The position numbers were made by a program, and so were the translations under genes. A stretch of 64,000 nt of DNA, taken from contig NZ_CANNEZ010000003.1 in NCBI RefSeq assembly GCF_947503795.1, positions 150,357 to 214,356 on the forward strand, given 5' to 3'. Below, in pieces: positions 17,950-28,834 of this stretch (the first letter of the stretch is position 1; every line of letters begins with the position of its first letter). This stretch comes from an uncultured Jannaschia sp. GTDB lineage: Bacteria; Pseudomonadota; Alphaproteobacteria; Rhodobacterales; Rhodobacteraceae. Under the pieces are notes generated by a model. That model was not told the origin of the DNA. It made no database searches and was given only the letters and a program-made list of their open reading frames with translations.

Positions 17950-17997
17950 GAAACTTCCCGATGTAAACTTTACGCGGGTAAAGAATTTTCGTTGACA
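17950..17997 (+). promoter_or_regulatory. candidate operator plus -35 element of the smo operon
   Basis: GAAACTTCCCGATGTAAACTTTAC (17950-17973) contains the palindrome GTAAA-C-TTTAC. TTGACA lies at 17992-17997. Confidence 0.35.
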
Positions 17998-18075
17998 GGT
18001 CTCGGGAGGGCTGGGTAGCCTTGCATGCGAGGGCGCAGACGTTCGCCCCCAACCAGACGTCCAGGGAGGACACCA

Positions 18076-19386
18076 ATGACCATCAAGTACGCGCTTACCG
18101 GCGCGTCGGCCCTTGCGCTCGTCGCGGGGTCGGCCTTCGCCGACGGCCATGCCACCACGCTGACCATCGCCACCGTGAACAACGGCGACATGATCCGCAT
18201 GCAGGGCTACACCGACGATTTCACCGAGAAGACCGGCCACAGCGTCGAATGGGTGACGCTCGAGGAGAACGTGCTGCGCCAGCGCGTCACCACCGACATC
18301 ACCACCAAGGGCGGCGCCTTCGACCTGATGACGATCGGCATGTACGAAGCGCCGATCTGGGGCGCCGCCGGCTGGCTGATCCCGCTCGACGACCTGTCTG
18401 CCGAGTACAACGTGGACGACATCCTGCCCGCGATGGCCGGTGGCCTGTCGCATGACGGCACGCTCTATGCCGCGCCGTTCTACGGCGAATCCTCGATGGT
18501 GATGTACCGCACCGACCTGATGGAGGCCGCGGGCCTCGAGATGCCGGATGCGCCGACCTGGGACTTCATCCGCGAAGCGGCCGCGGCGATGACCGATCGC
18601 GACGCCGAGATCAACGGCATCTGCCTGCGCGGCAAGGCCGGCTGGGGCGAAGGCGGCGCGTTCATCAATTCGATGGCCAACTCCTTCGGCGCGCGCGTCT
18701 TCGACGAGGACTGGACCCCGCAACTCGACAGCGAGCAGTGGGCCACCACGGTCAACTTCTTCAAGGACATGATGGACGAGTCCGGCCCCGCCGGATACGC
18801 GACCAACGGCTTCAACGAGAACCTCGCGCTGTTCCAGCAGGGCAAGTGCGGCATGTGGATCGACGCGACCGTCGCCGCGTCCTTCGTGACCAATCCCGAT
18901 GATTCGACCGTCGCGGATTCGGTCGGTTTCGCGCTGGCGCCCGACAACGGCCTCGGCAAGCGCTCGAACTGGCTCTGGGCCTGGGCGCTGGGCATCCCGG
19001 CCGGCACGCAGAAGGAAGCCGCCGCCAAGGAGTTCATCGAGTGGGCCACCGGGACCGCCTATATCGAGATGGTCGCCGCCAACGAGGGCTGGGCCAACGT
19101 GCCGCCGGGTGCGCGCCAGTCGCTCTATGACAACCCCGAGTACCAGACCGTGCCCTTCGCGCAGATGACCCTGGACTCGATCCTGTCGGCCGACCCGAAC
19201 AACCCGACCGTCGACCCGGTGCCGTATGTCGGCATCCAGTTCGCCGCGATCCCCGAATGGGCCGGTATCTGGACCCAGGTCAGCCAGGAGCTCTCGGCCG
19301 CCTATGCCGGTCAGCAGACCGTCGAGGAAGCGCTCGAGAAGGCGCAGGCCATCACCACCGAAGAGATGGAAGCCGCAGGCTACTGA
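18076..19386 (+). CDS. smoE: sorbitol/mannitol ABC transporter substrate-binding protein
   Basis: Start MTIKYALTGASALALVAGSAFADG (signal peptide) follows GGGAGGA. Family-1 sugar SBP. First gene of a smoEFGK-smoS-mtlK order as in R. sphaeroides. Confidence 0.85.
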   Translation: MTIKYALTGASALALVAGSAFADGHATTLTIATVNNGDMIRMQGYTDDFTEKTGHSVEWVTLEENVLRQRVTTDITTKGGAFDLMTIGMYEAPIWGAAGWLIPLDDLSAEYNVDDILPAMAGGLSHDGTLYAAPFYGESSMVMYRTDLMEAAGLEMPDAPTWDFIREAAAAMTDRDAEINGICLRGKAGWGEGGAFINSMANSFGARVFDEDWTPQLDSEQWATTVNFFKDMMDESGPAGYATNGFNENLALFQQGKCGMWIDATVAASFVTNPDDSTVADSVGFALAPDNGLGKRSNWLWAWALGIPAGTQKEAAAKEFIEWATGTAYIEMVAANEGWANVPPGARQSLYDNPEYQTVPFAQMTLDSILSADPNNPTVDPVPYVGIQFAAIPEWAGIWTQVSQELSAAYAGQQTVEEALEKAQAITTEEMEAAGY

Positions 19387-19396
19387 TCTCGACCAC

Positions 19397-19421
19397 GGGG
19401 GGCGGCCGCGCGCCGCCCCCC
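19397..19421 (+). other. GC-rich intercistronic stem-loop after smoE
   Basis: GGGGGGCGGC-cgcgc-GCCGCCCCCC gives a 10-bp stem 11 nt after the stop. Confidence 0.5.
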
Positions 19422-19520
19422 GGATCCGGATGATGGCCGCCGACCTCGCGCCGGCCGCATCCCCATCGCATCCCGACGGCTTCGCACCCATGCCGGGCGC
19501 CGCCCAAGGAGGAGACCGAC

Positions 19521-20384
19521 ATGGCCACAGCCCATTCCCGATCCGCCGCCCGCCTTATGATGGCACCCGCGGTCACGCTGCTCCTGGGCTGGATGCTCGT
19601 GCCGCTGTGCATGACGCTCTACTTCTCCTTCGCCGATTACCGCCCGCTGCGCGGCGTGTTCGAGCCGTGGATCGGCTTCGACAACTACGTCCGCTTCGTC
19701 AGCTCCTCGGCTTTCCTCGACTCGGTCTGGACGACGCTCATCCTCGTGAGTGCGGTGCTGGCGATCACCGTGACGCTGGGCATCCTGCTGGCGATGCTCC
19801 TGAACGAGGAGATCTTCGGCCAGGGCATTGTCCGGATCCTCGTCATCTCGCCCTTCTTCATCATGCCGACCGTGTCCGCGCTGGTCTGGAAGAACATGAT
19901 GATGGACCCGACCAACGGCGTCCTCAGCCATGTCTGGCGCTTCTTCGGCGCGACGCCTCACGACTTCCTGTCGCAATCGCCGCTCCTGTCGCTGATCCTG
20001 ATCCTGTCATGGCAATGGCTGCCGTTTGCGACGCTGATCCTGCTGACCGCGATCCAGTCGCTCGATTCCGAGCAACTGGAGGCCGCCGAGATGGATGGCG
20101 CGCCGCCGCTCGCGCGGTTCTGGCACCTGATCCTGCCGCATCTGGGGCGCGCGATCACCATCGTGATCCTGATCCAGACGATCTTCCTGCTGGCGGTCTT
20201 CGCCGAGATCTTCGTCACCACCGGCGGCGCCTTCGGGACGCGGACGCTGTCGTACCTCGTGTTCCAGCGCGTCCTCGAGAGCCAGAATGTCGGCCTCGGC
20301 TCCGCGGGCGGCATCTTCGCCGTCATCCTCGCCAACATCGTCGCGATCTTCCTGATGCGGATCGTCGGCAAGAATCTCGACTGA
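19521..20384 (+). CDS. smoF: polyol ABC transporter permease
   Basis: 287-aa MalF/BPD-type permease. RBS GGAGGAGA. Confidence 0.85.
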   Translation: MATAHSRSAARLMMAPAVTLLLGWMLVPLCMTLYFSFADYRPLRGVFEPWIGFDNYVRFVSSSAFLDSVWTTLILVSAVLAITVTLGILLAMLLNEEIFGQGIVRILVISPFFIMPTVSALVWKNMMMDPTNGVLSHVWRFFGATPHDFLSQSPLLSLILILSWQWLPFATLILLTAIQSLDSEQLEAAEMDGAPPLARFWHLILPHLGRAITIVILIQTIFLLAVFAEIFVTTGGAFGTRTLSYLVFQRVLESQNVGLGSAGGIFAVILANIVAIFLMRIVGKNLD

Positions 20385-20396
20385 GGAGACACAGAC

Positions 20397-21227
20397 ATGG
20401 CCCGCGCCGTCACGCCTCGCCGCAAGGCGATCGTCTCCCTCCTCGCCTGGGGGATCGGTCTTCTGCTGTTCTTCCCGATCCTCTGGACGATCCTGACCAG
20501 CTTCAAGACCGAGGCCGAGGCCATTGCCTCGCCGCCGAACTTCATCGCCTTCGACTGGACGCTCGAGAATTACGAGGTTGTGCAGGAGCGGTCCGACTAC
20601 ATGAAGTTCCTCTGGAACAGCATCATCATCGCGGGCGGATCGACCATTCTCGGGGTGCTGGTGGCGGTCCCCGCCGCGTGGTCGATGGCCTTCGTGCCGT
20701 CGAAGCGCACCAAGGACATCCTGCTCTGGATGCTCTCGACCAAGATGCTGCCGGCGATCGGCGTGCTCTACCCGATCTACCTCATTTGCATCGAGTTCGG
20801 CATCCTCGACAGCCGGATCGCCCTCGTCGTGATCCTGATGCTGATCAACCTGCCGATCATCGTCTGGATGCTCTATACGTATTTCCGCGAGATTCCGTCC
20901 GAGATCCTCGAAGCCGCGCGGATGGACGGGGCGGGCCTCAAATCCGAGATCCTTTACGTGCTGACGCCGATGGCGGTGCCGGGCATCGCCTCGACGCTGC
21001 TCCTGAACTTCATCCTCGCGTGGAACGAGGCGTTCTGGACGCTGAACCTGACGGCCGCGAACGCCGCGCCGCTGACCGCATTCATCGCCAGCTATTCGTC
21101 GCCCGAGGGGCTCTTCTTCGCCAAGCTCTCGGCCGCGTCGACCATGGCCATCGCGCCGATCCTCATCATGGGCTGGTTCAGCCAGAAGCAACTTGTCCGG
21201 GGTCTCACCTTCGGCGCCGTCAAGTAA
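20397..21227 (+). CDS. smoG: polyol ABC transporter permease
   Basis: 276-aa MalG-type permease carrying the EAA-loop region ([10 protein letters not shown]). Confidence 0.85.
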   Translation: MARAVTPRRKAIVSLLAWGIGLLLFFPILWTILTSFKTEAEAIASPPNFIAFDWTLENYEVVQERSDYMKFLWNSIIIAGGSTILGVLVAVPAAWSMAFVPSKRTKDILLWMLSTKMLPAIGVLYPIYLICIEFGILDSRIALVVILMLINLPIIVWMLYTYFREIPSEILEAARMDGAGLKSEILYVLTPMAVPGIASTLLLNFILAWNEAFWTLNLTAANAAPLTAFIASYSSPEGLFFAKLSAASTMAIAPILIMGWFSQKQLVRGLTFGAVK

Positions 21228-21237
21228 GGAGACCGAT

Positions 21238-22244
<1,007 letters not shown>

Positions 22245-22248
<4 letters not shown>

Positions 22249-23015
22249 AGCTCGACGGACGATCCGCCCTGATCACGGGTGCGGCGCGCGGCATCGGGCG
22301 TGGCTTCGCGATGGCCTACGCGGCCGAGGGTGCGACCGTGGCCGTCGCCGATATCGACCGCGCCGCCGCCGAGGCCACGGCGACCGAGATCGGCCACGGC
22401 GCCTATGCCGTCGAGATCGACGTGAGCGACCAGCGGAGCATCGATGCAGCCGTTACCACGGTCGTGGACCGCGCGGGGAAGCTCGACATCCTCGTCAATA
22501 ACGCCGCCCTCTTCGATGCCTCCGAGACCGTGGACATCACGCGGGCGACCTATGACCGGCTCTACGCGGTGAACGTGGCGGGCACGCTCTTCACCATGCA
22601 GGCCGCCGCGCGCCAGATGATCGCACAAGGACATGGCGGCAAGATCATCAACATGGCCAGCCAGGCAGGCCGCCGGGGCGAGCCGCTGGTGCTGGTCTAT
22701 TGCTCGACCAAGGCCGCGGTCATCTCGATGACGCAATCGGCGGGGCTCGACCTCATCCGTCACGGGATCAACGTCAACGCCATCGCGCCCGGCGTCGTCG
22801 ACGGCGAGCACTGGGTGCATGTCGACGCGACCTTCGCGCGGCTCGAAGGCAAGCGCCCCGGCCAGAAGAAGGCCGAGGTCGAGGCAGGGGTGCCCGCGGG
22901 CCGCTTCGCCGTGCCTTCCGACCTCGCGCCGATGGCGGTCTTCCTCGCCTCGGCCGACAGCGACTATGTCGTCTCGCAATGCTTCAACGTGGACGGTGGC
23001 CAGTGGATGAGCTGA
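22245..23015 (+). CDS. smoS: sorbitol dehydrogenase (SDR family)
   Basis: [22 protein letters not shown]...[13 protein letters not shown]...[17 protein letters not shown]...[15 protein letters not shown] is very similar, from memory, to R. sphaeroides SmoS. The ATG overlaps the smoK stop (ATGA). Confidence 0.9.
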
Positions 23016-24481
23016 CGCCCCTGTCGAACGCGACCCTGGGCGACCTGCCGCCGGGCGTGTCCGTCCCGACCTATGATCGGGCGGCGCTGACGGCGGGCAT
23101 CGTCCATATCGGGCTCGGCAATTTCCACCGGGCGCACCAGGCGTGGTATCTGCACCGGCTGATGCAGGACGGGCTGGCCCATGACTGGGCCATTGTCGGC
23201 GCGGGCGTGCGCCCCGCCGATGCGGCGATGCGCGAACGCCTTCTGGCGCAGGACGGCCTGACGACGCTGATCGAGCTGTCGCCCGAGGGCGTCTCGGCGG
23301 AAGTGATCGGTCCGATGATCGAGTTCGTCGAACTTACCGACGGCCATGGCCCCCTGATCGCCCGCATGGCCGAGCCCGATATCCGCATCGTCTCGCTGAC
23401 GGTGACCGAAGGTGGATATTTCATCGACGCCGCCACCAAGGGCTTCGATGCGGACCACCCCGACATCCGACACGACGCAGCCCATCCGGAGACGCCCCGC
23501 ACCGCATTCGGCGCCATGATCGAGGCATTGCGCCGTCGCCGCGATGCCGGCCACGGGCCGTTCACCTGCCAGTCCTGCGACAATCTTCAGGGCAATGGCG
23601 ACATCCTGCGCCAGACGGTCGTGTCTCTGGCGCGCTACTCGGACCCCGACCTCGCGGACTGGATCGACGCGCACGCAACCTTCCCCAACGCGATGGTCGA
23701 TTCGATCGCCCCGGCGACGGGCCCGGCCGAGCTGGCGCTCGTGCGCGACCTCGGGATTGCGGATGCCGCGCCGGTGACCCACGAGAACTTCCGCCAATGG
23801 GTGATCGAGGATGATTTCTGCGCCGGGCGGCCGCCATGGGACCACGCGGGTGCGACCTTCTCGTCGGATGTCCATGCCTACGAGGCGATGAAGATCCGCC
23901 TGCTCAACGCGGGCCACCAGGTGATCGCCGATCCGGGCGAACTGTTGGGGATCGAGACCATCGCGGGCTGCATGGCGCATCCGGCCATCGCCGCGCTCTT
24001 CCGCAAGGTCGAGCTCGAGGAGATCGTCCCCCATGTCGCGCCGGTGCCCGGCATGACGCCCGAAGCCTATGTCGACCTGGTGGCGGCCCGGTTCTCGAAC
24101 GCGCGGATCGTGGACACCGTGCGCCGCGTCGCCTTCGACGGCGCGTCGCGACATACGGGGTTTCTGCATCCTGTGATTCGCGACGCGCTGGCGGCCGGGA
24201 CGTCGGTCGAGGGGCTGGCGCTGGTCCAGGCGCTCTGGGCGCGAATGTGCGAGGGCACGCGCGAGGACGGCAGCGAGATCGCGCCCAACGACCCGATCTG
24301 GGACCGTTTGCAGACCGTCGCCGCCGTCGCGCGGGAACGACCGCAGGCCTGGCTCGAGCAGGAGGCGCTCTACGGCGATCTGGGCGAGCAGCCGCGCTTT
24401 GCGGATGCCTTCGCGGGCTGGCTCCGGCTGATCTGGAACGACGGCACCGAGGCGGCGCTGGCCGCGTATCTGCGCAGCTAG
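23003..24481 (+). CDS. mtlK: mannitol 2-dehydrogenase (long-chain polyol dehydrogenase family)
   Basis: IVHIGLGNFHRAHQAWYLHRLM is the dinucleotide-binding region of the family. The start is ambiguous (GTG 23003 or ATG 22979), and both overlap the smoS end. Confidence 0.85.
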   Translation: MDELTPLSNATLGDLPPGVSVPTYDRAALTAGIVHIGLGNFHRAHQAWYLHRLMQDGLAHDWAIVGAGVRPADAAMRERLLAQDGLTTLIELSPEGVSAEVIGPMIEFVELTDGHGPLIARMAEPDIRIVSLTVTEGGYFIDAATKGFDADHPDIRHDAAHPETPRTAFGAMIEALRRRRDAGHGPFTCQSCDNLQGNGDILRQTVVSLARYSDPDLADWIDAHATFPNAMVDSIAPATGPAELALVRDLGIADAAPVTHENFRQWVIEDDFCAGRPPWDHAGATFSSDVHAYEAMKIRLLNAGHQVIADPGELLGIETIAGCMAHPAIAALFRKVELEEIVPHVAPVPGMTPEAYVDLVAARFSNARIVDTVRRVAFDGASRHTGFLHPVIRDALAAGTSVEGLALVQALWARMCEGTREDGSEIAPNDPIWDRLQTVAAVARERPQAWLEQEALYGDLGEQPRFADAFAGWLRLIWNDGTEAALAAYLRS

Positions 24482-24494
24482 GCGAACCGGCCGC

Positions 24495-25727
24495 TCAAGC
24501 CACCGCGAGCCCCGCGTTCGTGTTCAGCATGAACTGCGAGAAGATCGGCGCACTTGCCGCGCCCAGCGCGCGCGCGTTCGGCCCGATATTGCCCGGCTCG
24601 ATTCGCGGCGGGATCAGACCGCGCACGTCTTGATTGGCCAGGTAACGGCGCACCCGTTCCACGAGGTCCTGCCGGATCTCGGCGGGGAAAGCCCCGTCGA
24701 TCAGGATCGCCTCGAAATCGATGACGGCGCAGATCGAGAGGCTCGCCCGCGCCAGCTCCTGCGCCACCCGCCCCAGCCAGGGATCGACATGCCGTTCCAG
24801 CCCCGACCAGTCGAGCGGCTGCCGCCAGAGCAGGTCGGGATCGAGGTCGGATTCGCGCAGCCGCCGTTCCAGCACATGGATCGACGCCATGTCCGCAAGC
24901 TGCATCGCCTCGCCATTGGGCCCGACGCTTCGGATCGAACCCAGCGCACCCGCATTGCCCTGCCGCCCCTCATAGACCGAGTGGTTGAGCACGACGCCGC
25001 CGCCCACGAACGCACCGATGAAGATGTAGGCATAGTCCCGGAACTCGCGCCCGCGGCCATAGACCTGCTCGGCCTGACAGGCGGCGGTCGCATCGTTGAG
25101 GACGATCACCGACAGTCCCGTCAGCGCCTCGACGCGTGCGCGCAGATCGACCGTATGCCACGCCCCGAACACGTCCTCCGGACCGTTCGTCGCGTGGGTC
25201 GGGCGGTTCCAGAGCTCGAAGGGTGCGGCGACGCCGATCCCGCAGAGACAGCTCCGCTGCACCGGGTCGAGCGTCGCCGCAATCTCCTCGATCGAACGCG
25301 CGAGGAATGCGAAGACCGTCTCGGGGATCGGACGCGCATAAGTCAGGCGGCGTTCGGCGCGAATCACGCCGGTCAGATCCATCAGAACGAGGTCCGCCGA
25401 GCGACGCCCGATCTTTAGCCCCCAGGACAGCGCCCCGTCGGGCCGCACGAGCATCGGCATCGACGGCTTGCCGACCTTGCCGCGCATCGGCTCGCCCCGC
25501 TCGATCACACCTTCGGATTCGAGACGCCGCAGGATCACGGAAACGGTCGGCGGCGAGAGCCCCGCGCGCCGCGCCAATTCGCTCGCCGGAAGGCCCCCGT
25601 GGCGTTGCAGAAGCGACAGCAGCAGCCGTTCATTATGCGCCCGCACACCCTTCTGGCTCAGCCCCGCGCTGATCTGCGTCACCACGCGGGCGCCGAAGAG
25701 GGGATCGATGTCGGATGGGTCGCTCAT
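24495..25727 (-). CDS. frcR: ROK family transcriptional regulator
   Basis: N-terminal MarR-like wHTH (LLSLLQRHGGLPASELARRAGLSPPTVSVILRRLESEG) plus a ROK sugar-kinase-like domain. Divergent from frcBCAK. The start is ATG 25727 or GTG 25742. Confidence 0.8.
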   Translation of the reverse strand: MSDPSDIDPLFGARVVTQISAGLSQKGVRAHNERLLLSLLQRHGGLPASELARRAGLSPPTVSVILRRLESEGVIERGEPMRGKVGKPSMPMLVRPDGALSWGLKIGRRSADLVLMDLTGVIRAERRLTYARPIPETVFAFLARSIEEIAATLDPVQRSCLCGIGVAAPFELWNRPTHATNGPEDVFGAWHTVDLRARVEALTGLSVIVLNDATAACQAEQVYGRGREFRDYAYIFIGAFVGGGVVLNHSVYEGRQGNAGALGSIRSVGPNGEAMQLADMASIHVLERRLRESDLDPDLLWRQPLDWSGLERHVDPWLGRVAQELARASLSICAVIDFEAILIDGAFPAEIRQDLVERVRRYLANQDVRGLIPPRIEPGNIGPNARALGAASAPIFSQFMLNTNAGLAVA

Positions 25728-25799
25728 GGCCCTCTCTCGCACTCCGGGCGTCAGCGCACCATGGCACGCGCCGATTAATAAGGAAAGTAAACTAATTTA

Positions 25800-25825
25800 T
25801 TGACAGCGATCGCCACCGTCTGTCA
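25800..25825 (+). promoter_or_regulatory. TTGACA hexamer plus inverted repeat TGACAG-N13-CTGTCA in the frcR/frcB intergenic region
   Basis: Immediately downstream of the AT-rich island ATTAATAAGGAAAGTAAACTAATTTAT (25774-25800). Seen in sequence only. Confidence 0.3.
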
Positions 25826-25912
25826 GGCACGGGGACATCGTCCCGGCGCACCGGGTCGGATCATCGAGGTCGCCGGGGCAGTACCGGAGGCCCAGCTTCT
25901 GGGAGGAAGAAT

Positions 25913-26932
25913 ATGAAAGCGCTTCTCGCCGGCACCACGATCGCCGCCACTCTGACCGCAGGCCTCGCCGCCGCGGATGGGCATGCCGTCTCCGCCTGCC
26001 TCATCACCAAGACCGACACCAACCCGTTCTTCGTCAAGATGCGCGAAGGCGCGCTGGCCAAGGCCGAGGAGCTGGGCATCAACCTGTCCACCTATGCCGG
26101 TCAAGTTGATGGCGACCACGAAACGCAGGTGCAGGCGATCGAGACCTGCATCCTCGACGGCGCCAAGGGCATCCTGATCACCGCCTCCGACACCTCGTCC
26201 ATCGTGCCCGCCGTCCAGCAGGCCCGCGACGCCGGTCTTCTGGTCATCGCGCTGGATACCCCGCTCGAGCCGATCGACGCCGCCGACATGACCTTCGCCA
26301 CCGACAATTTCCTGGCCGGTGAACTGATCGGCCAATGGGCCGCCGCGACGCTGGGCGACGATGCCGAGACCGCGAAGATCGCCATGCTCGACCTCGCCGT
26401 CAGCCAGCCGACCGTGGGCGTGCTGCGCGACCAGGGCTTCCTGCAGGGCTTCGGCATCGATCTGGCCGATCCGAACGTCAACGGCGATGAGGACGATCCC
26501 CGCATCGTCGGCAACGACGTCACCGCGGGCAACGAGGAAGGCGGCCGCCGCGCCATGGAGAACCTCCTGGCCGTCGATCCCGAGATCAACGTCGTCTATA
26601 CCATCAACGAGCCCGCCGCTGCCGGCGCCTATGAGGCGCTGAAGTCGATCGGCCGCGAGAACGATGTCCTGATCGTGTCCGTCGATGGCGGCTGCCCCGG
26701 CGTCCAGAACATCGCCGATGGCGTGATCGGGGCCACGTCGCAGCAATACCCGCTGCTGATGGCGTCCAAGGGCATCGAGGCGATCGCCGCCTGGGCCGCC
26801 GACGGCACCAAGCCCGAGGCGACCGACGGCAAGGACTTCTTCGACACGGGCGTGGCCCTCGTGACCGACCGTCCCGCCGACGGTGTCGAGTCGATCAGCG
26901 TCGGAGAGGGCACGGAGCTCTGCTGGGGTTGA
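25913..26932 (+). CDS. frcB: fructose/monosaccharide ABC transporter substrate-binding protein
   Basis: 339 aa with a signal peptide. RbsB-like family-2 SBP. The gene order frcB-C-A-K matches the Sinorhizobium meliloti fructose transporter (from memory). Confidence 0.8.
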   Translation: MKALLAGTTIAATLTAGLAAADGHAVSACLITKTDTNPFFVKMREGALAKAEELGINLSTYAGQVDGDHETQVQAIETCILDGAKGILITASDTSSIVPAVQQARDAGLLVIALDTPLEPIDAADMTFATDNFLAGELIGQWAAATLGDDAETAKIAMLDLAVSQPTVGVLRDQGFLQGFGIDLADPNVNGDEDDPRIVGNDVTAGNEEGGRRAMENLLAVDPEINVVYTINEPAAAGAYEALKSIGRENDVLIVSVDGGCPGVQNIADGVIGATSQQYPLLMASKGIEAIAAWAADGTKPEATDGKDFFDTGVALVTDRPADGVESISVGEGTELCWG

Positions 26933-26957
26933 TCCCGGCGAAACTCTGATAGGATGG

Positions 26958-26981
26958 ATGCGGGCCCCGGCGGGCCCGCAT
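26958..26981 (+). other. GC-rich intercistronic stem-loop after frcB
   Basis: ATGCGGGCCC-cggc-GGGCCCGCAT gives a 10-bp perfect stem. Confidence 0.5.
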
Positions 26982-27002
26982 CGCGACGGAGGGGACCCCG
27001 AC

Positions 27003-28064
27003 ATGACCGACCGCGACGACTACGAGGGCGCGACCCGCGCCGCCGACGCCCGCGTGGCGCAATTCGACGACCACGCCTCGGGCTTCGTCGGTCGCTTCCA
27101 CCACGCTCTGCACACGACACCTGCTCTGGTGCCGCTCATCGTGCTGCTGGCGGCCATCGTGACCTTCGGACTGCTGCTCGGATCCAAGTTCTTCAGCCCC
27201 TTCGCCCTGACGCTGATCCTGCAGCAGGTGCAGATCGTCGGCATCGTCGCCGCCGCCCAGAGCCTCGTGATCCTGACCGCGGGCATCGACCTCAGCGTCG
27301 GCGCCATCGCGGTCATCTCCTCGGTCGTGATGGGACAGTTCACCTTCCGCTACGGCCTGCCGGCCGAGATCTCGATCGTCTGCGGCCTGGCCGTCGGCAC
27401 GCTGATCGGCGCGGTGAACGGCATCCTCGTCGCCGTCGTCCGCCTGCCGCCCTTCATCGTGACGCTGGGCATGTGGCAGATCGTTCTGGCCGCCAACTTC
27501 CTCTATTCCGCGAACGAGACCATCCGCAGCCAGGATATCTCGAACGACGCGCCCGTGCTGCAACTGCTGGGCTGGAAATTCCAGATCGGCGGCGCGGTCT
27601 TCACCGTGGGCGTCGTCGTGATGATCGCGCTCGTCTTCATCCTCGCCTACGTGCTGCGTCACACGGCATGGGGCCGACATGTCTATGCGGTGGGCGACGA
27701 CCCGGACGCGGCCGAGCTTTCGGGCGTCGCGGTCAAGCGGACCCTCATCAGCGTCTACGCCACCGCGGGCTTCATCTGCGCCATCGCGGGCTGGGCCCTG
27801 ATCGGGCGCATCGGTTCGGTCTCGCCGACCTCGGGCCAGCTTCTCAATATCGAGAGCATCACCGCCGTGGTGATCGGCGGCATCAGCCTCTTCGGCGGGC
27901 GCGGCTCGATCCTCGGCACGCTCTTCGGCGCGCTGATCGTCGGCGTCTTCACTCTCGGGCTGCGCCTGATGGGGGCCGACGCGCAATGGACCTACCTGCT
28001 GATCGGCGTGCTCATCATCGCGGCCGTTGCGGTGGACCAGTGGATTCGAAAGGTGGCGGCATGA
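27003..28064 (+). CDS. frcC: sugar ABC transporter permease
   Basis: Start MTDRDDYEGATRAAD follows GGAGGGGA. RbsC-type permease. Confidence 0.85.
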   Translation: MTDRDDYEGATRAADARVAQFDDHASGFVGRFHHALHTTPALVPLIVLLAAIVTFGLLLGSKFFSPFALTLILQQVQIVGIVAAAQSLVILTAGIDLSVGAIAVISSVVMGQFTFRYGLPAEISIVCGLAVGTLIGAVNGILVAVVRLPPFIVTLGMWQIVLAANFLYSANETIRSQDISNDAPVLQLLGWKFQIGGAVFTVGVVVMIALVFILAYVLRHTAWGRHVYAVGDDPDAAELSGVAVKRTLISVYATAGFICAIAGWALIGRIGSVSPTSGQLLNIESITAVVIGGISLFGGRGSILGTLFGALIVGVFTLGLRLMGADAQWTYLLIGVLIIAAVAVDQWIRKVAA

Positions 28065-28834
28065 CCACGACACCCATTCTCGCGGCCTCGGGCCTGACCA
28101 AGCGCTACGGGCGGGTCACCGCATTGGACCGCTGCGATTTCGAGCTGATGCCCGGCGAGATCCTCGCCGTGATCGGCGACAACGGCGCGGGCAAGTCGAC
28201 GCTGATCAAGGCGCTTTCGGGGGCGGTCGTCGCCGATGAGGGCACGATCCAGCTCGACGGGCGCGACGTCCGCTTCTCCTCGCCCATCGAGGCGCGCGAG
28301 GCGGGGATCGAGACGGTCTACCAGACCCTTGCCATGTCGCCGGCCCTGTCGATCGCCGACAACATGTTCATGGGCCGCGAATTGCGACGACCGGGCATCG
28401 CGGGTTCGGTCTTCCGGATGCTTGACCGCCCCCGGATGGAGGAGGAGGCGCGCGCCAAGCTGAACGACCTCGGGCTGATGACAATTCAGAACATCAACCA
28501 GGCGGTCGAGACCCTGTCCGGCGGCCAGCGCCAAGGTGTTGCGGTGGCACGCGCGGCGGCTTTCGGATCGAAGGTGATCATCCTCGACGAGCCGACGGCC
28601 GCGCTGGGCGTCAAGGAGTCGCGGCGCGTCCTCGACCTGATTCAGGATGTCCGCGCCCGTGGCATCCCGATCATCCTGATCTCGCACAACATGCCCCATG
28701 TCTTCGAGGTCGCGGACCGCATCCATGTCCATCGGCTCGGCCGTCGCCTCGCCGTCATCGATCCCAAAGATTACACCATGTCCGACGCGGTCGCCTTCAT
28801 GACGGGCGCCAAGGACGCGCCGGTCGCGGCGTGA
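28061..28834 (+). CDS. frcA: sugar ABC transporter ATP-binding protein
   Basis: Start MTTTPILAASGLTKRYG overlaps the frcC stop (ATGA). Walker A GDNGAGKST and LSGGQRQGVAVARA. Confidence 0.9.
   Translation: MTTTPILAASGLTKRYGRVTALDRCDFELMPGEILAVIGDNGAGKSTLIKALSGAVVADEGTIQLDGRDVRFSSPIEAREAGIETVYQTLAMSPALSIADNMFMGRELRRPGIAGSVFRMLDRPRMEEEARAKLNDLGLMTIQNINQAVETLSGGQRQGVAVARAAAFGSKVIILDEPTAALGVKESRRVLDLIQDVRARGIPIILISHNMPHVFEVADRIHVHRLGRRLAVIDPKDYTMSDAVAFMTGAKDAPVAA

Noticed and set aside
17425-19491. 688-aa minus-strand ORF antisense to the LacI regulator gene and smoE. The same pattern occurs at 31195..33624, 37387..38913, 39091..40713, 11001..12746 and 27992..29575.
   Set aside because: All are antisense shadows of recognised genes. 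They have Arg/Gly/Pro/Asp-dominated composition and no recognisable motifs.
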